In this document: positions 1 through 10,509 of the stretch, piece after piece | Layout of the letters: every line of letters starts with the position of its first letter | Position numbering within the stretch: position 1 is the stretch's first letter | IMG/VR virus record: IMGVR_UViG_3300048579_000427 | Location: 1-35,685 of that record | Source of the DNA: a virus | Lineage: Duplodnaviria; Caudoviricetes | Reading direction: 5' to 3' (one strand) | Length of the DNA: 35,685 nt | The notes under the pieces: model-generated | Databases searched by the model: none | The model's input: only the letters and a program-made list of their open reading frames with translations | Told to the model about the DNA's origin: nothing | Position numbers and translations under genes: made by a program

Positions 1-385
1 GACAAGCCCGGAGCTGTTGACAGTCGCTTTCGATGGATCAGAACTCGACCAGGTAACCCCAGCGTTGCTGGCATTTGAAGGCTGCACATTCGCGGTAAGC
101 TGAATTGTACTTCCTACAACACCTGAACTGTTGCCTGTAATGCTGATTGAGGTTACAGGAACCACGGCCGCCGTAATTGTAAGACCTTTACTTGCACTTA
201 CATTGCTGCCGTCTTGGGCCGTGGCGGTGATGGTAACAGGCCCTTCAGCAATAAGTGTGACAAGCCCGGAGCTGTTGACAGTCGCTTTCGATGGATCAGA
301 ACTCGACCAGGTAACCCCAGCGTTGCTGGCATTTGAAGGCTGCACATTCGCGGTAAGCTGAATTGTACTTCCTACAACACCTGAA
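1..385. repeat. Perfect 127-bp direct repeat (1-127 = 259-385), period 258 nt = one 86-aa Big_2 module
   Basis: Base-by-base identity; first copy truncated by window edge. Confidence 0.95.
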
Positions 386-1266
386 TTGTTTCCCGAAATT
401 TCAATAGAAGAAACTGGTATAGTAGAAACCTCTCCTATTGAAATTACAAATGATCCCACCACCCCGCTTCCGTCATGTGCGGCGGCGGTAATTTCAACTA
501 ATCCGGTTGAAATTAATGTAATAAAGCCATCACCGGCAAAAATTGCTTTTGAGGCATCTTCGATTCCCCAATTGAAATTTTTATTGCTCGCATTCGAAGG
601 GAAAACCGTGGCTGTAAGCTGGATGGTATCCCCAACATCGCCCATGTCACTTCCTGCAATTTGAATAGACTCTACATAAACCAATGTTCCAAAATCTAAA
701 GTCTCTCCGTATGATGTTCCTACCTCGTTTTTAGCGTAAGCACGTACATAATAAGTTGTATTTGGATTAAGATTTGAAATGTCGAAACTAAATTCACCAA
801 GATTGGGGCCTAATAGTTTAACTTTTATTGTATTTGTACTAAAACTTGAGTCAAGGCTGTATTCTAGTCCTTTTTCAATTATTATACCGTTTCCGGCTGA
901 AATCACATTTACACCCAATTCTGCGGTTGTATAACTAACCGAAGTTGGGTTTATTGTAACGACAGTAGGCAATACAATAGCAGGAGTAATTGTTAACTCT
1001 TTACTACCACTCACTCCGCTTCCGTCCGTGGCCGTGGCGGTTATCGTTACGTTTCCTTCTGCTAGTAATTCTACATTACCGTTTTGATCAACAGTCGCTT
1101 TTGATGTGTCTGAACTCGACCAGCTCACAACTTTATTCGTCGCATTTGTGGGCAATACGATAGCGGTAAGCTGTATTTGACTTCCAACTTCGCCGCTATC
1201 GTTTCCTTCAACGATAATTTCTTCAACTTTGATAATTTTTCTTGGAATGTATATTACGTTTGTCAT
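1..1266 (-). CDS. Ig-like (Big_2) repeat and FN3 domain tail/virion protein, 3' partial (not in ORF track)
   Basis: ATG at 1266, open for 422 codons to window edge (MTNVIYIPRKIIKVEEIIVEGNDSGEVGSQIQLTAIVLPTNATNKVVSWSSSDTSKATVD...). At least 4 Big_2-type repeats (QLTA.V.P.NA.N..V.W.SSD.SKATV) and one FN3-like unit (NLNPNTTYYVRAYAKN). Confidence 0.85.
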   Translation of the reverse strand, partial: MTNVIYIPRKIIKVEEIIVEGNDSGEVGSQIQLTAIVLPTNATNKVVSWSSSDTSKATVDQNGNVELLAEGNVTITATATDGSGVSGSKELTITPAIVLPTVVTINPTSVSYTTAELGVNVISAGNGIIIEKGLEYSLDSSFSTNTIKVKLLGPNLGEFSFDISNLNPNTTYYVRAYAKNEVGTSYGETLDFGTLVYVESIQIAGSDMGDVGDTIQLTATVFPSNASNKNFNWGIEDASKAIFAGDGFITLISTGLVEITAAAHDGSGVVGSFVISIGEVSTIPVSSIEISGNNSGVVGSTIQLTANVQPSNASNAGVTWSSSDPSKATVNSSGLVTLIAEGPVTITATAQDGSNVSASKGLTITAAVVPVTSISITGNSSGVVGSTIQLTANVQPSNASNAGVTWSSSDPSKATVNSSGLV

Positions 1267-1267
1267 T

Positions 1268-4189
1268 TTATACCTCTTTCAACGCGTAAATCTGATTATT
1301 TTCTGAATAAAAACTTTGTCCGCCAATAACAATTTTTAGGCGGCTATTGTACTTTGTAAATGAAAAGATCTTTTTATTGGCTGCACTTTGGCCTGTTTGA
1401 TTAACCGCGAACGCTGTCCAGTAATAGGTTCCATTTGGTAGCGCATCTATGACTTTTGTAAAATCAGCAAGCGAATCACAGTTATAAATAGTTCCTCCTG
1501 AAAGGTCAGCATTTTGAGAAACAATAAATCCTTGTGATGTCACCGACTGCCCTCCATTGTAAAAGACATTGCCAGCCAGTTGAATTTGATTGTTATTGAT
1601 AATATGTGCAGCTAAAGAAAGCACAGTTGGCGCGGCGAAGAAATTTACACCAGGCAAATCAAAACTTAAAACGTCTGATATTGAATTCCAGCCAAATCCA
1701 ATAAATCGTCCGTTTTCTGGAAGAAAAATTTCATTAACTGGATTGCTTAAATTGATACCGTTATTTTTATAAACCTGATACGCTGCTACAGTTCTTTGAC
1801 CAACATTTTCAGATAATGACCAGTTGTCAACATCTGAAATATCAATGACATAAATATAACCACCTGTATTTCTAGCTTCAATTAAATAATTACCAAAAAT
1901 CAATGAAGCATAGCTCTGATTACTATCATTTTGCGTTGAATGGAGTTTTAGCAATTTAGTTACTTTCATGTCTGATTTCCTGATAGCGCAAGTACCCCAC
2001 CCATATCCAAACGATGCCGTGTTTGCAGGTGTATAAAGTTCTATTCCAATAAATAAATGACCGGCTGTCTGACACATATCATCAGTCATTTTTGGAACAA
2101 ATGCTTTAGATACAAAAGTCATGTCTGACTTTTGTATCTTATGTATTTCGTGTTGACCATTGCTTGAACTAGTTCCAAAACCTATGTATAAAAACTCATT
2201 ATCAACAACCATTGTGTGTGGTTCAATTGTTGTATCTGAAAGGTTTGGAGTTCCTAAATAATAGGTATTTCCTAAAGAATATGTTGTCGATACATTAAAT
2301 TTTTCAGCCGACGAAAATATAGATACATCAACTTTATAAATTTTACTTGCCGAAACATATACATATAAAAAACTTCCGTCGGTACAACTTGGAAATCCGG
2401 CGCCGGTATATTGCACATTAGTTTTCCAGACTTGATAATCGTCAGTAGCTAAGCTAAATTTCACAAGATAAGCGTAACCACCAACCGGGGCAAAAGCTAA
2501 CGTATATAGAAAGTCTCCAATTCGTACTAACGAATCCATATTGCACAACTTCAGATTCGACATATCCCCGTATATATTAATAAGTGAAAATGCGGTAGGA
2601 TCAGCAATAAGTACTTTTACAATTGAACAGTAATTTGTATTATTCGCAACATCGCCGCGAGATGATCCATAGATTGCGGAACTGGTTGCACAGCTTCCAT
2701 GTATGTAACGCCCAGCCATCCCGGAACTTTGCAAGGTTGAATATGTATTTGCAACGACTTTTGTTGTTGTTGTCGCGGAGTTTAAAAAATAATGTGTGTA
2801 TGTTGTGCTGTATTGATAAATTTTTGTTCCTTGATAAATTACCCAACTTTTGATAATAAAATTTACATCAGAAGTCAGTGCCGAAACTGTATTTTCAACA
2901 CTGTTTTCAAAGCTGAATAACAAATTTGAACCTGATGAATCAAATACATCACATCCAAATTGACTGCTTTCGTCTGTTGTTAACAATTTTATTGAAAATG
3001 ATGATGAATTTATACGTTCACAAGAGTGAACACATTGATTATTTGCATAATAAAATGTAGGAACTGCAACGTTTCTCAATTCTGGATGCTCAGTTCCTAT
3101 TTGCCAAGTATTTGTAAAATCCCATCCTGCATAGGACGATTCGAGTAAACAATTAGCATCCGTCAATCCCGTTTCTGCTCCAGCAATTTCAGTAGGAGTG
3201 TTACTTGTAATTTTTGATTTTTTAAAATAATTATTTGCTATCCCGGCCGAATTACTATCGTTGTTAAACACACGTGCGCTAGGGTAATTTGGTGTATCTA
3301 TGTTTCCTGTGAAAAAATTGTTTTTTAGTTCAGTTGTTCGAGCAGCAACAACTGCATAACCAAGCTTTGAATATAAACTTTTTATAATAAATAAATTATC
3401 CTGTATGTACCCACCTGAATTTGCTGAATTTATTAATGCAAACTGACTTGTATTTATTGCCTTATAATCTTTAAAAATAGGTATCTTAATTACATTTTGA
3501 AAAATTTGACCTCCGTTAAAATTGTTAAATAAATAACCAGTAAATGCAGAATACGACTGCAAAATTACTGATTCTAAATTGAGCACATTTAAGTAATTTT
3601 TCTTAAAGATAAAAGTTGATGCAGTGCCTTGTATCAACTTACCAATTGCCAAATACAAATTAAAGTAGCAATACTCGATTGTGCATTTGACGGTTGGAAG
3701 TATATAATTGTATTTCCCTTCAATTACTAGATTATTAATAATACAAGTGCTATCTAGCGTTATTGAGTCGCTAAATAAGTATGTACTATATACAAAAGTT
3801 AAGCTAGGATTAACAAAAACTTTAACTCCCGTAAAAACAAAATTTGATAGTGTGATAGAACTACTCGAATTAAAAATTGTAAATCCTGAACTAGACCCTG
3901 AAACTCTTGTAATGTAAAACTCTATATTTTTAAAATAAGTATTGCTTTTTATATAAAATCCGTTAAATGATGCGCCGCGCATGTTTTGTAATTTGTGACT
4001 TCCGCCATCTAAATTACATCCAAAATTTGCAAGCGAAAAACTATCTGTTGCACTGAAATTTAAATCATTCATTAGCAAGAAATAATGACTACTTGTGTAA
4101 GCAACATCATTCATTTCCTGAAATTGCGCAATTGTTGTTATTTGGTACGGATCAGCTTGTGTCCCGCTTCCTAGTCCTGAGTATGCCAT
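1268..4189 (-). CDS. Large tail/receptor-binding-like protein (GLUG-like N-terminal motif, beta-helix-like region, propeller-like region, C-terminal FN3-like)
   Basis: 973 aa; starts GSGTQADPYQITT; Asn/Ser-rich beta region; C-terminal LPNGTYYWTAFAVN; position in distal tail block; AT-rich. Confidence 0.6.
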   Translation of the reverse strand: MAYSGLGSGTQADPYQITTIAQFQEMNDVAYTSSHYFLLMNDLNFSATDSFSLANFGCNLDGGSHKLQNMRGASFNGFYIKSNTYFKNIEFYITRVSGSSSGFTIFNSSSSITLSNFVFTGVKVFVNPSLTFVYSTYLFSDSITLDSTCIINNLVIEGKYNYILPTVKCTIEYCYFNLYLAIGKLIQGTASTFIFKKNYLNVLNLESVILQSYSAFTGYLFNNFNGGQIFQNVIKIPIFKDYKAINTSQFALINSANSGGYIQDNLFIIKSLYSKLGYAVVAARTTELKNNFFTGNIDTPNYPSARVFNNDSNSAGIANNYFKKSKITSNTPTEIAGAETGLTDANCLLESSYAGWDFTNTWQIGTEHPELRNVAVPTFYYANNQCVHSCERINSSSFSIKLLTTDESSQFGCDVFDSSGSNLLFSFENSVENTVSALTSDVNFIIKSWVIYQGTKIYQYSTTYTHYFLNSATTTTKVVANTYSTLQSSGMAGRYIHGSCATSSAIYGSSRGDVANNTNYCSIVKVLIADPTAFSLINIYGDMSNLKLCNMDSLVRIGDFLYTLAFAPVGGYAYLVKFSLATDDYQVWKTNVQYTGAGFPSCTDGSFLYVYVSASKIYKVDVSIFSSAEKFNVSTTYSLGNTYYLGTPNLSDTTIEPHTMVVDNEFLYIGFGTSSSNGQHEIHKIQKSDMTFVSKAFVPKMTDDMCQTAGHLFIGIELYTPANTASFGYGWGTCAIRKSDMKVTKLLKLHSTQNDSNQSYASLIFGNYLIEARNTGGYIYVIDISDVDNWSLSENVGQRTVAAYQVYKNNGINLSNPVNEIFLPENGRFIGFGWNSISDVLSFDLPGVNFFAAPTVLSLAAHIINNNQIQLAGNVFYNGGQSVTSQGFIVSQNADLSGGTIYNCDSLADFTKVIDALPNGTYYWTAFAVNQTGQSAANKKIFSFTKYNSRLKIVIGGQSFYSENNQIYALKEV

Positions 4190-4196
4190 GTTTTTT

Positions 4197-5858
4197 TTAA
4201 AATTCTAATGTTGTTGAAATTGAAACCGCATTGCCATTGACCGTAATTGCACCGGTTATATCTTTTATACTGCCATAGTCTTCAGTAAGCCCATATTCAA
4301 GTGAAATTAAGGCATCCTGATTCTTTGTGTCAATAGTCGCCGCTACATTAAATGCGCTATCAGAAGTTCTTGTAAATGATAAGTTTGATACAGTAGGTGT
4401 GATAATAGCCGCTTCAATAGTTAATTGCTTTATTCCGATCACCTCGCTTCCGTCGCTGGCCGTTGCTGTGATCGTTACCGATCCGGCCGCAATCAACGTC
4501 ACTAACCCGGTTGAACTTACAGTTGCTTTCGATGTGTCGGAACTTGTCCATGTCACAGCCTTGTTAGTTGCGTTTGCAGGTAGTACTGCTGCACTAAGCT
4601 GTATTGTATTACCTTGAACACCAACCGAATCACCTAAAATTGAAATAGATGAGACGGCTATGTTTGATGCAGTTATTGTCAATGATTTAGTGCCTGTTGC
4701 AGCTGAACCATCGCTGGCCGTAGCGGTAATGGTAACAGGACCTTCAGCAATCAGCGTGACAAGTCCTGAAGAATTTACCGTCGCCTTGCTCGTATCCGAA
4801 CTTGTCCATACTACTGTTTTATTTGTCGCATTCGAGGGCGTAATTAATGCAGTTAATTGAATTGTATTTCCTGCGACGCCGGTGCTGTCTCCTGTGATTG
4901 AAATTGTGGTGACGGGTATTTGTTCTGCCGGGGCTGTATCAATATTCAATTGCACAATAATTGCCGAAGGATTTCCGGTATATACTGTACCCCAGCTAAT
5001 TGATAGCTCGTCGCCGACCGCAACTTTATTGTTCCCAGTTGCAGGTGTTTCAATTGTATTAGTTGTTGCTGAAATTGCGGAAATGCCTGTTATTTCAGTT
5101 CCGTTTTTTAGAAATGAAATTTCAAGTGTGCCATCATCAAGTTTTAAAACACACGAAGTTATTGTAAAAGCATAGAGCGCTTTCAATAAAAGAACATGGC
5201 TATCTGCCGTTCCCGCCTCAATGTCTCTGTATTCCGCGCTAATCCATGTAGGTTGTGTTTCAGCATTTGGAATTTTATAAAGTTGAATCCAATCTGTGTC
5301 GCCAACATATCGCTGACATAGATACCCGGAAACGACAGCCATTTGTATTTCACGCCCGTCAGTTCCATCATCATAATCCACTCCTTTTTGAGGAGTAATG
5401 CCGTGAAGAGAATCCAGCCACTGAATCTCAGTCCCAGCGTACCCATGCGCAACTGCTAGCTCATAAGGGGTTTTACCATTATTCCCCGGTGTTCCAATTC
5501 CTTTAAAACTCCCATATTTATCAAAACATCCTTCCAAAGTCCAGGTATCTCTTACTGATAGAGTTACTGAAGCAATTATTACGTAAACGCCATTGCTGTT
5601 GATTCTTATAGTTGCAGTAACAGCAACTGAATCGGCATTAAAAAAATTCAACGATTTGATAATTCTCCGAACCCCTTCATCAGGCCCCGGCACAGCAACA
5701 ACGGCGGTTGTTCCATCTGTTTTTATATGACTTTCGCCTTCAGCAAATACAGTTCCGTTATCTGCCCAAGCTGCAACTACATCACAATCGGCAGTTACTT
5801 TTGCTGATTGCAATACAACTTCAATACTTTGATTTGTTGTAAGAATGATTGTTTTCAT
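4197..5858 (-). CDS. Tail fibre/baseplate-associated protein with two Big_2 Ig-like domains
   Basis: 553 aa; GKTPYELAVAHGYAGTEIQWLDSL motif typical of phage tail proteins; two Big_2 repeats. Confidence 0.7.
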   Translation of the reverse strand: MKTIILTTNQSIEVVLQSAKVTADCDVVAAWADNGTVFAEGESHIKTDGTTAVVAVPGPDEGVRRIIKSLNFFNADSVAVTATIRINSNGVYVIIASVTLSVRDTWTLEGCFDKYGSFKGIGTPGNNGKTPYELAVAHGYAGTEIQWLDSLHGITPQKGVDYDDGTDGREIQMAVVSGYLCQRYVGDTDWIQLYKIPNAETQPTWISAEYRDIEAGTADSHVLLLKALYAFTITSCVLKLDDGTLEISFLKNGTEITGISAISATTNTIETPATGNNKVAVGDELSISWGTVYTGNPSAIIVQLNIDTAPAEQIPVTTISITGDSTGVAGNTIQLTALITPSNATNKTVVWTSSDTSKATVNSSGLVTLIAEGPVTITATASDGSAATGTKSLTITASNIAVSSISILGDSVGVQGNTIQLSAAVLPANATNKAVTWTSSDTSKATVSSTGLVTLIAAGSVTITATASDGSEVIGIKQLTIEAAIITPTVSNLSFTRTSDSAFNVAATIDTKNQDALISLEYGLTEDYGSIKDITGAITVNGNAVSISTTLEF

Positions 5859-5860
5859 GC

Positions 5861-7984
5861 TTAAGAGATAAACCAGGCGTATGCCTGTTGTGGTGAATTT
5901 ATTGCTGCTTTCTTTAATTGTATGCGCGCAAAGCCATCCTCTTCGGTCGAATCAACATCTGTTGCTTTTAATTCAAAGTCACTATCGCTTAAATAAGCAG
6001 GCGAGCTTGTTAATGCACCTGCGTCATCAATTAACTGAACTGTTTTTGTTGTGTTAACGGTTTTTGCTGATTTTTCAGTTGCATTTTTAAGCGGATCGAT
6101 AACAATTAACGAGGTTGTATTTTCAACAATCAATAAATCAATGTTATTGTCAACTTGTTCAACGTAGTTGCCTTCACACGCCTGCGTATCATCATCATAC
6201 GTCAAAGCCGTTTCGACAAATATTTTTCCGGGTATATTGACATCTTCAACAACAATAATATCAACAGGAATTATGTCGCACAATTTTGCTTTAAAAACGT
6301 AACGCGGGTTTATTGACTGTGCAGCCAGATTACGAGCTATAAATTCAGAAAATGAATATAAAGTGGTAGCCCCCGGATAACCCCAGGCGTGGGTTGTTTC
6401 ACCATTTGCGCGCTGTATTCCGCCGTTAAATATAATTTTGTTGTTAACTATTTCAGGATAATCACCTATTTTGAGCGTAATTTCGTCGGGTACTGCATTG
6501 TTATTTAAATCATTAATTACTTTAATTTCCCGCTTTGTTGGATATTCTTCGGCCTGTTCGTCGAGGATATTCATTTTCACACCTGTAAAACACGATCCTG
6601 AAATCTGCGAGCGATCGGTATAAGGCACAAATAAATCAATACGCAAATCGCCTGAAATTGGTAACCCTGCTACACTGGCTTTAAATGTTTCAAAATTATC
6701 AGCTATTTTTTGAAATGGAATTGCCGTAACTTTATCATATGTATTATAGTACTTCCCGGTTTTTCCTGAAGCATGCGAAACTTCAAGATGTGATTTTAGT
6801 GTTAGCATTAAATCAGCATCATTAAATGGAAAATTATCCGTAAAATTTTTCCAGATAAATTCTGCTGAAGTTTCGTCAGTCCAGGGCTTGTAACGCAAAT
6901 AATAGTTTGCATTCTCATTATGTAGCGTAATTCGCATAAACATGTAGCACGAATATTTTGTGCCCATTAAAGCAAATTTAGTTTCAAAAGTTACCTGCGA
7001 GGTTGTTTGATTGACGGGCAATGTTTTACGGATAAATTTCGTTAACTGTCCATATCCGCCGTCATTAAATCGGCCTGGGTATTGCTGCCCGTACAAGTAA
7101 ACAAATTTGTCACCATCATCGTTTAAAGACTGTTGAACTGGCGTTATATTTATATTTTCCCAGGTAGCAAATTTTGCAAGTTCAGCGTTATAATCAACAA
7201 ACGAACCGTTTGAAAGCACATTTGCTTTGTACCCAAAATCCTGTGTTAGACGTAATTGTTTAATCGCAGCAATTACGTCTAAATTAGCTTCGCCTTCCTG
7301 CCAAAAATCGGTATAAGTAATCGGTTTTTGATTGATTTTTTTGTTTGATACTACGTGCCAGGCTCCGCCGCGTTGGTAAATCCTGCAATTTACAGCAACT
7401 TGCTGAAGGACATCAAAACAATTCATTTCTGCAAAATCAATTGTATTGATCAAATGACTTTTGTAATCTGTTGAAGTTTCATCTAAAAAATTGATATTAA
7501 AATTAATCGATAATCCAAGACCGGTTAATTCTAACAAATCAGTAATAATTGATTCAATTGTTCTAAATTCATCAATTGCATCAAAATCAATATTTTTCAA
7601 AAATCCTAAATTGTCATAAGCTGTAAACTGGCAAGGGTAAGGCGTAGCAGTCAGCGGTTCATTCCAGGTGTCCGGTTCAATAAACCATTTACCAAAAACA
7701 ACACCGCCCTTTTTAATTTCAACCAAATGCTTTTTAGCATCAGCCGAAAATAAATTCAAAAATTCGAAATCAATTTCGGCATCGAGGTAAACGGTAACCG
7801 AAGAGCCATAAATGCAAGGCGGCAAAGTGTCGTTGCTGCCCTGGTCGCCCCATTCGGCTTTAAATGCCGCAGGAGCATAACGAACGTCAGCAGTGCCGGT
7901 ATAGTCGCGCCGATAAATATTGATTTGCGTCAACACTTCATTGCGATCTTTATATTCAAGTCGATATCTTAAACCGTAGGCCAT
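5861..7984 (-). CDS. Putative distal tail/baseplate hub protein
   Basis: 707 aa directly after the tape measure gene; N-terminus MAYGLRYRLEYKD...QINIYRRDYTG resembles Bacteroidota siphophage post-TMP proteins. Confidence 0.55.
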   Translation of the reverse strand: MAYGLRYRLEYKDRNEVLTQINIYRRDYTGTADVRYAPAAFKAEWGDQGSNDTLPPCIYGSSVTVYLDAEIDFEFLNLFSADAKKHLVEIKKGGVVFGKWFIEPDTWNEPLTATPYPCQFTAYDNLGFLKNIDFDAIDEFRTIESIITDLLELTGLGLSINFNINFLDETSTDYKSHLINTIDFAEMNCFDVLQQVAVNCRIYQRGGAWHVVSNKKINQKPITYTDFWQEGEANLDVIAAIKQLRLTQDFGYKANVLSNGSFVDYNAELAKFATWENINITPVQQSLNDDGDKFVYLYGQQYPGRFNDGGYGQLTKFIRKTLPVNQTTSQVTFETKFALMGTKYSCYMFMRITLHNENANYYLRYKPWTDETSAEFIWKNFTDNFPFNDADLMLTLKSHLEVSHASGKTGKYYNTYDKVTAIPFQKIADNFETFKASVAGLPISGDLRIDLFVPYTDRSQISGSCFTGVKMNILDEQAEEYPTKREIKVINDLNNNAVPDEITLKIGDYPEIVNNKIIFNGGIQRANGETTHAWGYPGATTLYSFSEFIARNLAAQSINPRYVFKAKLCDIIPVDIIVVEDVNIPGKIFVETALTYDDDTQACEGNYVEQVDNNIDLLIVENTTSLIVIDPLKNATEKSAKTVNTTKTVQLIDDAGALTSSPAYLSDSDFELKATDVDSTEEDGFARIQLKKAAINSPQQAYAWFIS

Positions 7985-8005
7985 TGCTTAATAAATTATG
8001 AGTTA

Positions 8006-10111
8006 TTAGTTACCCGTGCGTTTGTTTGCTTTTGCTTCGAGTCGTTTTAGGTATATGCGCATTTTATCGCCATCAAAATCAAGGCCCGGCTGAAGGATAA
8101 TGTTTGCCGATCCACCGCCGCCTATTATAGCCTGAAGTTTTGAAAGTGGTGCGATAATTTCGGGGTTGCTGCGGGCGCCAGGATATTCGCCCATCACGCC
8201 CATAGTAGGGCCGTACACAATACCACCGTCGGCAAAAGCGGGGATAGCCGCAAAGGCTGACATTACTCTACCAACCGCTAACGCTATAAAAGCCGGGCCA
8301 GTAAAAGCGGCGAGAAAACCAGTACCCAAGGCGCTTAAACTACCCTGTTCGATAGCATAAGCGACAGATGATGCCATTGCCATAGCAATTATCTGCGTAA
8401 CTAATTCCCCCATTTTTCCGACAAAACCTTCCATCCCATGTGCAGCGAGGCCAAAACTGGCCACAACGCTTTGCCCAATTGCCGCAAATCCATTGCCAAC
8501 AGCTTGACCTATCATTTCAGATTTTTCTTTTAGCTTATCAAATTCTTTTTTGACACGCTCCATATTCTTTTGAAAAATAGGCATGTTCTTTTGCATGTCT
8601 TCAACATCAAGCTTTATAGGAACTTTATAACCTTCCAGATTATTTTGTTTGATAAATTTTGAATAGGTATCGGTTAAATTTCCGGCTGAATTGTCGGTTG
8701 AATTAGTATCGAACATTGGCGATTGCTTTGAAATGAGCATGGTAAGCTTCATTTTTTTAACCCCTGTTTGCTCATCGGCATACAATTCTGCAATCGACTT
8801 TTTCAGCTTTTCGTTCTCCTGAATACGGTATTCAATTGCTGCAACTTGTTTGTAATGTGCAATTACACCTTCTTTATTTGTTGCTACTACTTTAGCTTCA
8901 TCTTCGTTTAGTGTTTTAAGCTGATCGGAAAGCCCCCCCAAACTAGCTTTTTTCAAATTAGCAGCATCGGCATTTTTTTTCTTTTGTTCTTCAGCAGCTT
9001 TTTCCGAATCAATTTCTTTTTTGTACTCCGATGGCAATTCTTTTAACGTTTGCTCATATACCTGAAGCGTTTCGCGCAAAAAATTGATCCGGTCAACGTG
9101 TTCTTTCCCAAATAGAACATTTATAAAGTCAGTGTTCGAAAGTTCGGCGTTAAGTTTCCCCTGAGTTTTTTGAATCCATGATTTTAAATCAGTAAGATTC
9201 GTCTCAATTTTCTTTTTTGCCTCTTCTTTATCTTTCGGAAGATCACCAATAAAATCGCTTATAAGTGAATTCTTTCTATCCTGTACCGACGCATCACCTT
9301 TTACAAGTTTGTTTGTGCGTGAAAGCAGGTCATTGAAAAATGAGATAACACCGGACATCACTCCGCTGCTCTTTGAGCCCATCGAGTTCATTAGCGCATC
9401 CCAATTGTCTTTTAAGTTCGATATTTCTCCACCTAAAGTTTTAGAAATCGAACTCATCGAACCCTGAACACCATTTAATTCGCCAAGGCCAAGAATGTAA
9501 TTTTTTATTGCTGCCGAATTATTTTCAACTGTTGTTTTTTGCTCTTTGAAGGTGAATACAACCTTGTCGCCTGAAGCCTGTGCTTTAATTCCAAACTCCT
9601 TTAGGCGTTCGTATTCGCCTGTTACAGCATCGGCAACGGCTTCAACAAGCTGGTCAAAACCTTTACCAACGCTGGAGGCCAGATCGCCATATTTGACCAT
9701 CTCAGCCATATTAGGCTTCAACCCGTAATTTGTCAGCTTGACGTATGCTCCGGTAAGCTCATTCAATTGAAACGGCGTAGTAGCGGCAAATTTTTGAAGC
9801 ATGCCCATGGCTTCAGCCGATTTACGTTGACTGCCCAACGATGTGGTTAAAACGGCCTCATACTTTTCAAACTCCGATCTTACATCAATCATATTGCCAA
9901 TAACCAATTTTGCGCCAGCAGTAACAGCCGCAAAACTACCAAGGGCTAATACTTGTTTGCCCATATCGCCGAAAAAACCATCCATCTTGCTTTTCGACGA
10001 ACCGACGGAACCATCCATTTCCTTCAGCTTTCGTTCGTTTTGATCGATAGTCTGTATGAACTGGCGGTTATTACCAACAAAATCAAGTATGTATTTATAG
10101 GTGTTTGCCAT
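8006..10111 (-). CDS. Tail tape measure protein
   Basis: 701 aa; tape-measure domain (FAATTPFQLNELTGAY...GEYERLKEFGI), coiled coil, C-terminal FADGGIVYGPT...GEYPGARSNPE. Confidence 0.92.
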   Translation of the reverse strand: MANTYKYILDFVGNNRQFIQTIDQNERKLKEMDGSVGSSKSKMDGFFGDMGKQVLALGSFAAVTAGAKLVIGNMIDVRSEFEKYEAVLTTSLGSQRKSAEAMGMLQKFAATTPFQLNELTGAYVKLTNYGLKPNMAEMVKYGDLASSVGKGFDQLVEAVADAVTGEYERLKEFGIKAQASGDKVVFTFKEQKTTVENNSAAIKNYILGLGELNGVQGSMSSISKTLGGEISNLKDNWDALMNSMGSKSSGVMSGVISFFNDLLSRTNKLVKGDASVQDRKNSLISDFIGDLPKDKEEAKKKIETNLTDLKSWIQKTQGKLNAELSNTDFINVLFGKEHVDRINFLRETLQVYEQTLKELPSEYKKEIDSEKAAEEQKKKNADAANLKKASLGGLSDQLKTLNEDEAKVVATNKEGVIAHYKQVAAIEYRIQENEKLKKSIAELYADEQTGVKKMKLTMLISKQSPMFDTNSTDNSAGNLTDTYSKFIKQNNLEGYKVPIKLDVEDMQKNMPIFQKNMERVKKEFDKLKEKSEMIGQAVGNGFAAIGQSVVASFGLAAHGMEGFVGKMGELVTQIIAMAMASSVAYAIEQGSLSALGTGFLAAFTGPAFIALAVGRVMSAFAAIPAFADGGIVYGPTMGVMGEYPGARSNPEIIAPLSKLQAIIGGGGSANIILQPGLDFDGDKMRIYLKRLEAKANKRTGN

Positions 10112-10188
10112 TTTTTATACTGAAGGTTTGAATGACTGAAGGATTTATTTATTTAATTTTCAAATCCTCACATCTTCAAATTTTCAAA

Positions 10189-10509
10189 TTATTTGTCTTT
10201 CCACTTTTCGGCTATTCGCTTCGCCCTTTCCGGGTCTGGTTTTACCTCTTTTTTATTGCGTTTGTCGCCCGGTAATTCAAGCAAATCCATTACGCTCAGT
10301 TGTTTGTCTTCAGGAGGGCACAGGGTGCGCCAAATTTGCCATCGCGCCACCTGCCAGGCTGTTAATTCGGCCTGATCACGTTCTTTATTAATCTTGTCAA
10401 TAAACGCTTCGTGAGCTTTCCGAAATTGGTAAGGGGTGAGCGACAAATACGTTTCGTAACTTATCCCCATTACTCCGGTAGCCAACGCAATCTCTTCGTC
10501 AACCGACAT
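10189..10509 (-). CDS. Tail assembly chaperone, T-like part (probably made as a -1 frameshift fusion)
   Basis: Between chaperone and TMP; -1 frame is open from the slippery site at 10560-10566 into this ORF. Confidence 0.75.
   Translation of the reverse strand: MSVDEEIALATGVMGISYETYLSLTPYQFRKAHEAFIDKINKERDQAELTAWQVARWQIWRTLCPPEDKQLSVMDLLELPGDKRNKKEVKPDPERAKRIAEKWKDK

Noticed and set aside
4187-4199. A8 run between the 553-aa and 973-aa genes as a fusion or phase-variation site
   Set aside because: The in-frame TAA lies at the start of the run, no canonical heptamer, and the downstream gene has its own ATG.
131-5175. Plus-strand ORFs (131-361, 386-664, 4327-4617, 4660-4860, 4882-5175, etc.)
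   Set aside because: Antisense shadows of the minus-strand Ig-repeat genes.
1-10111. Additional DGR VR in tail genes
   Set aside because: No TR-like sequence spotted by eye within the window; the truncated leftmost gene cannot be excluded.
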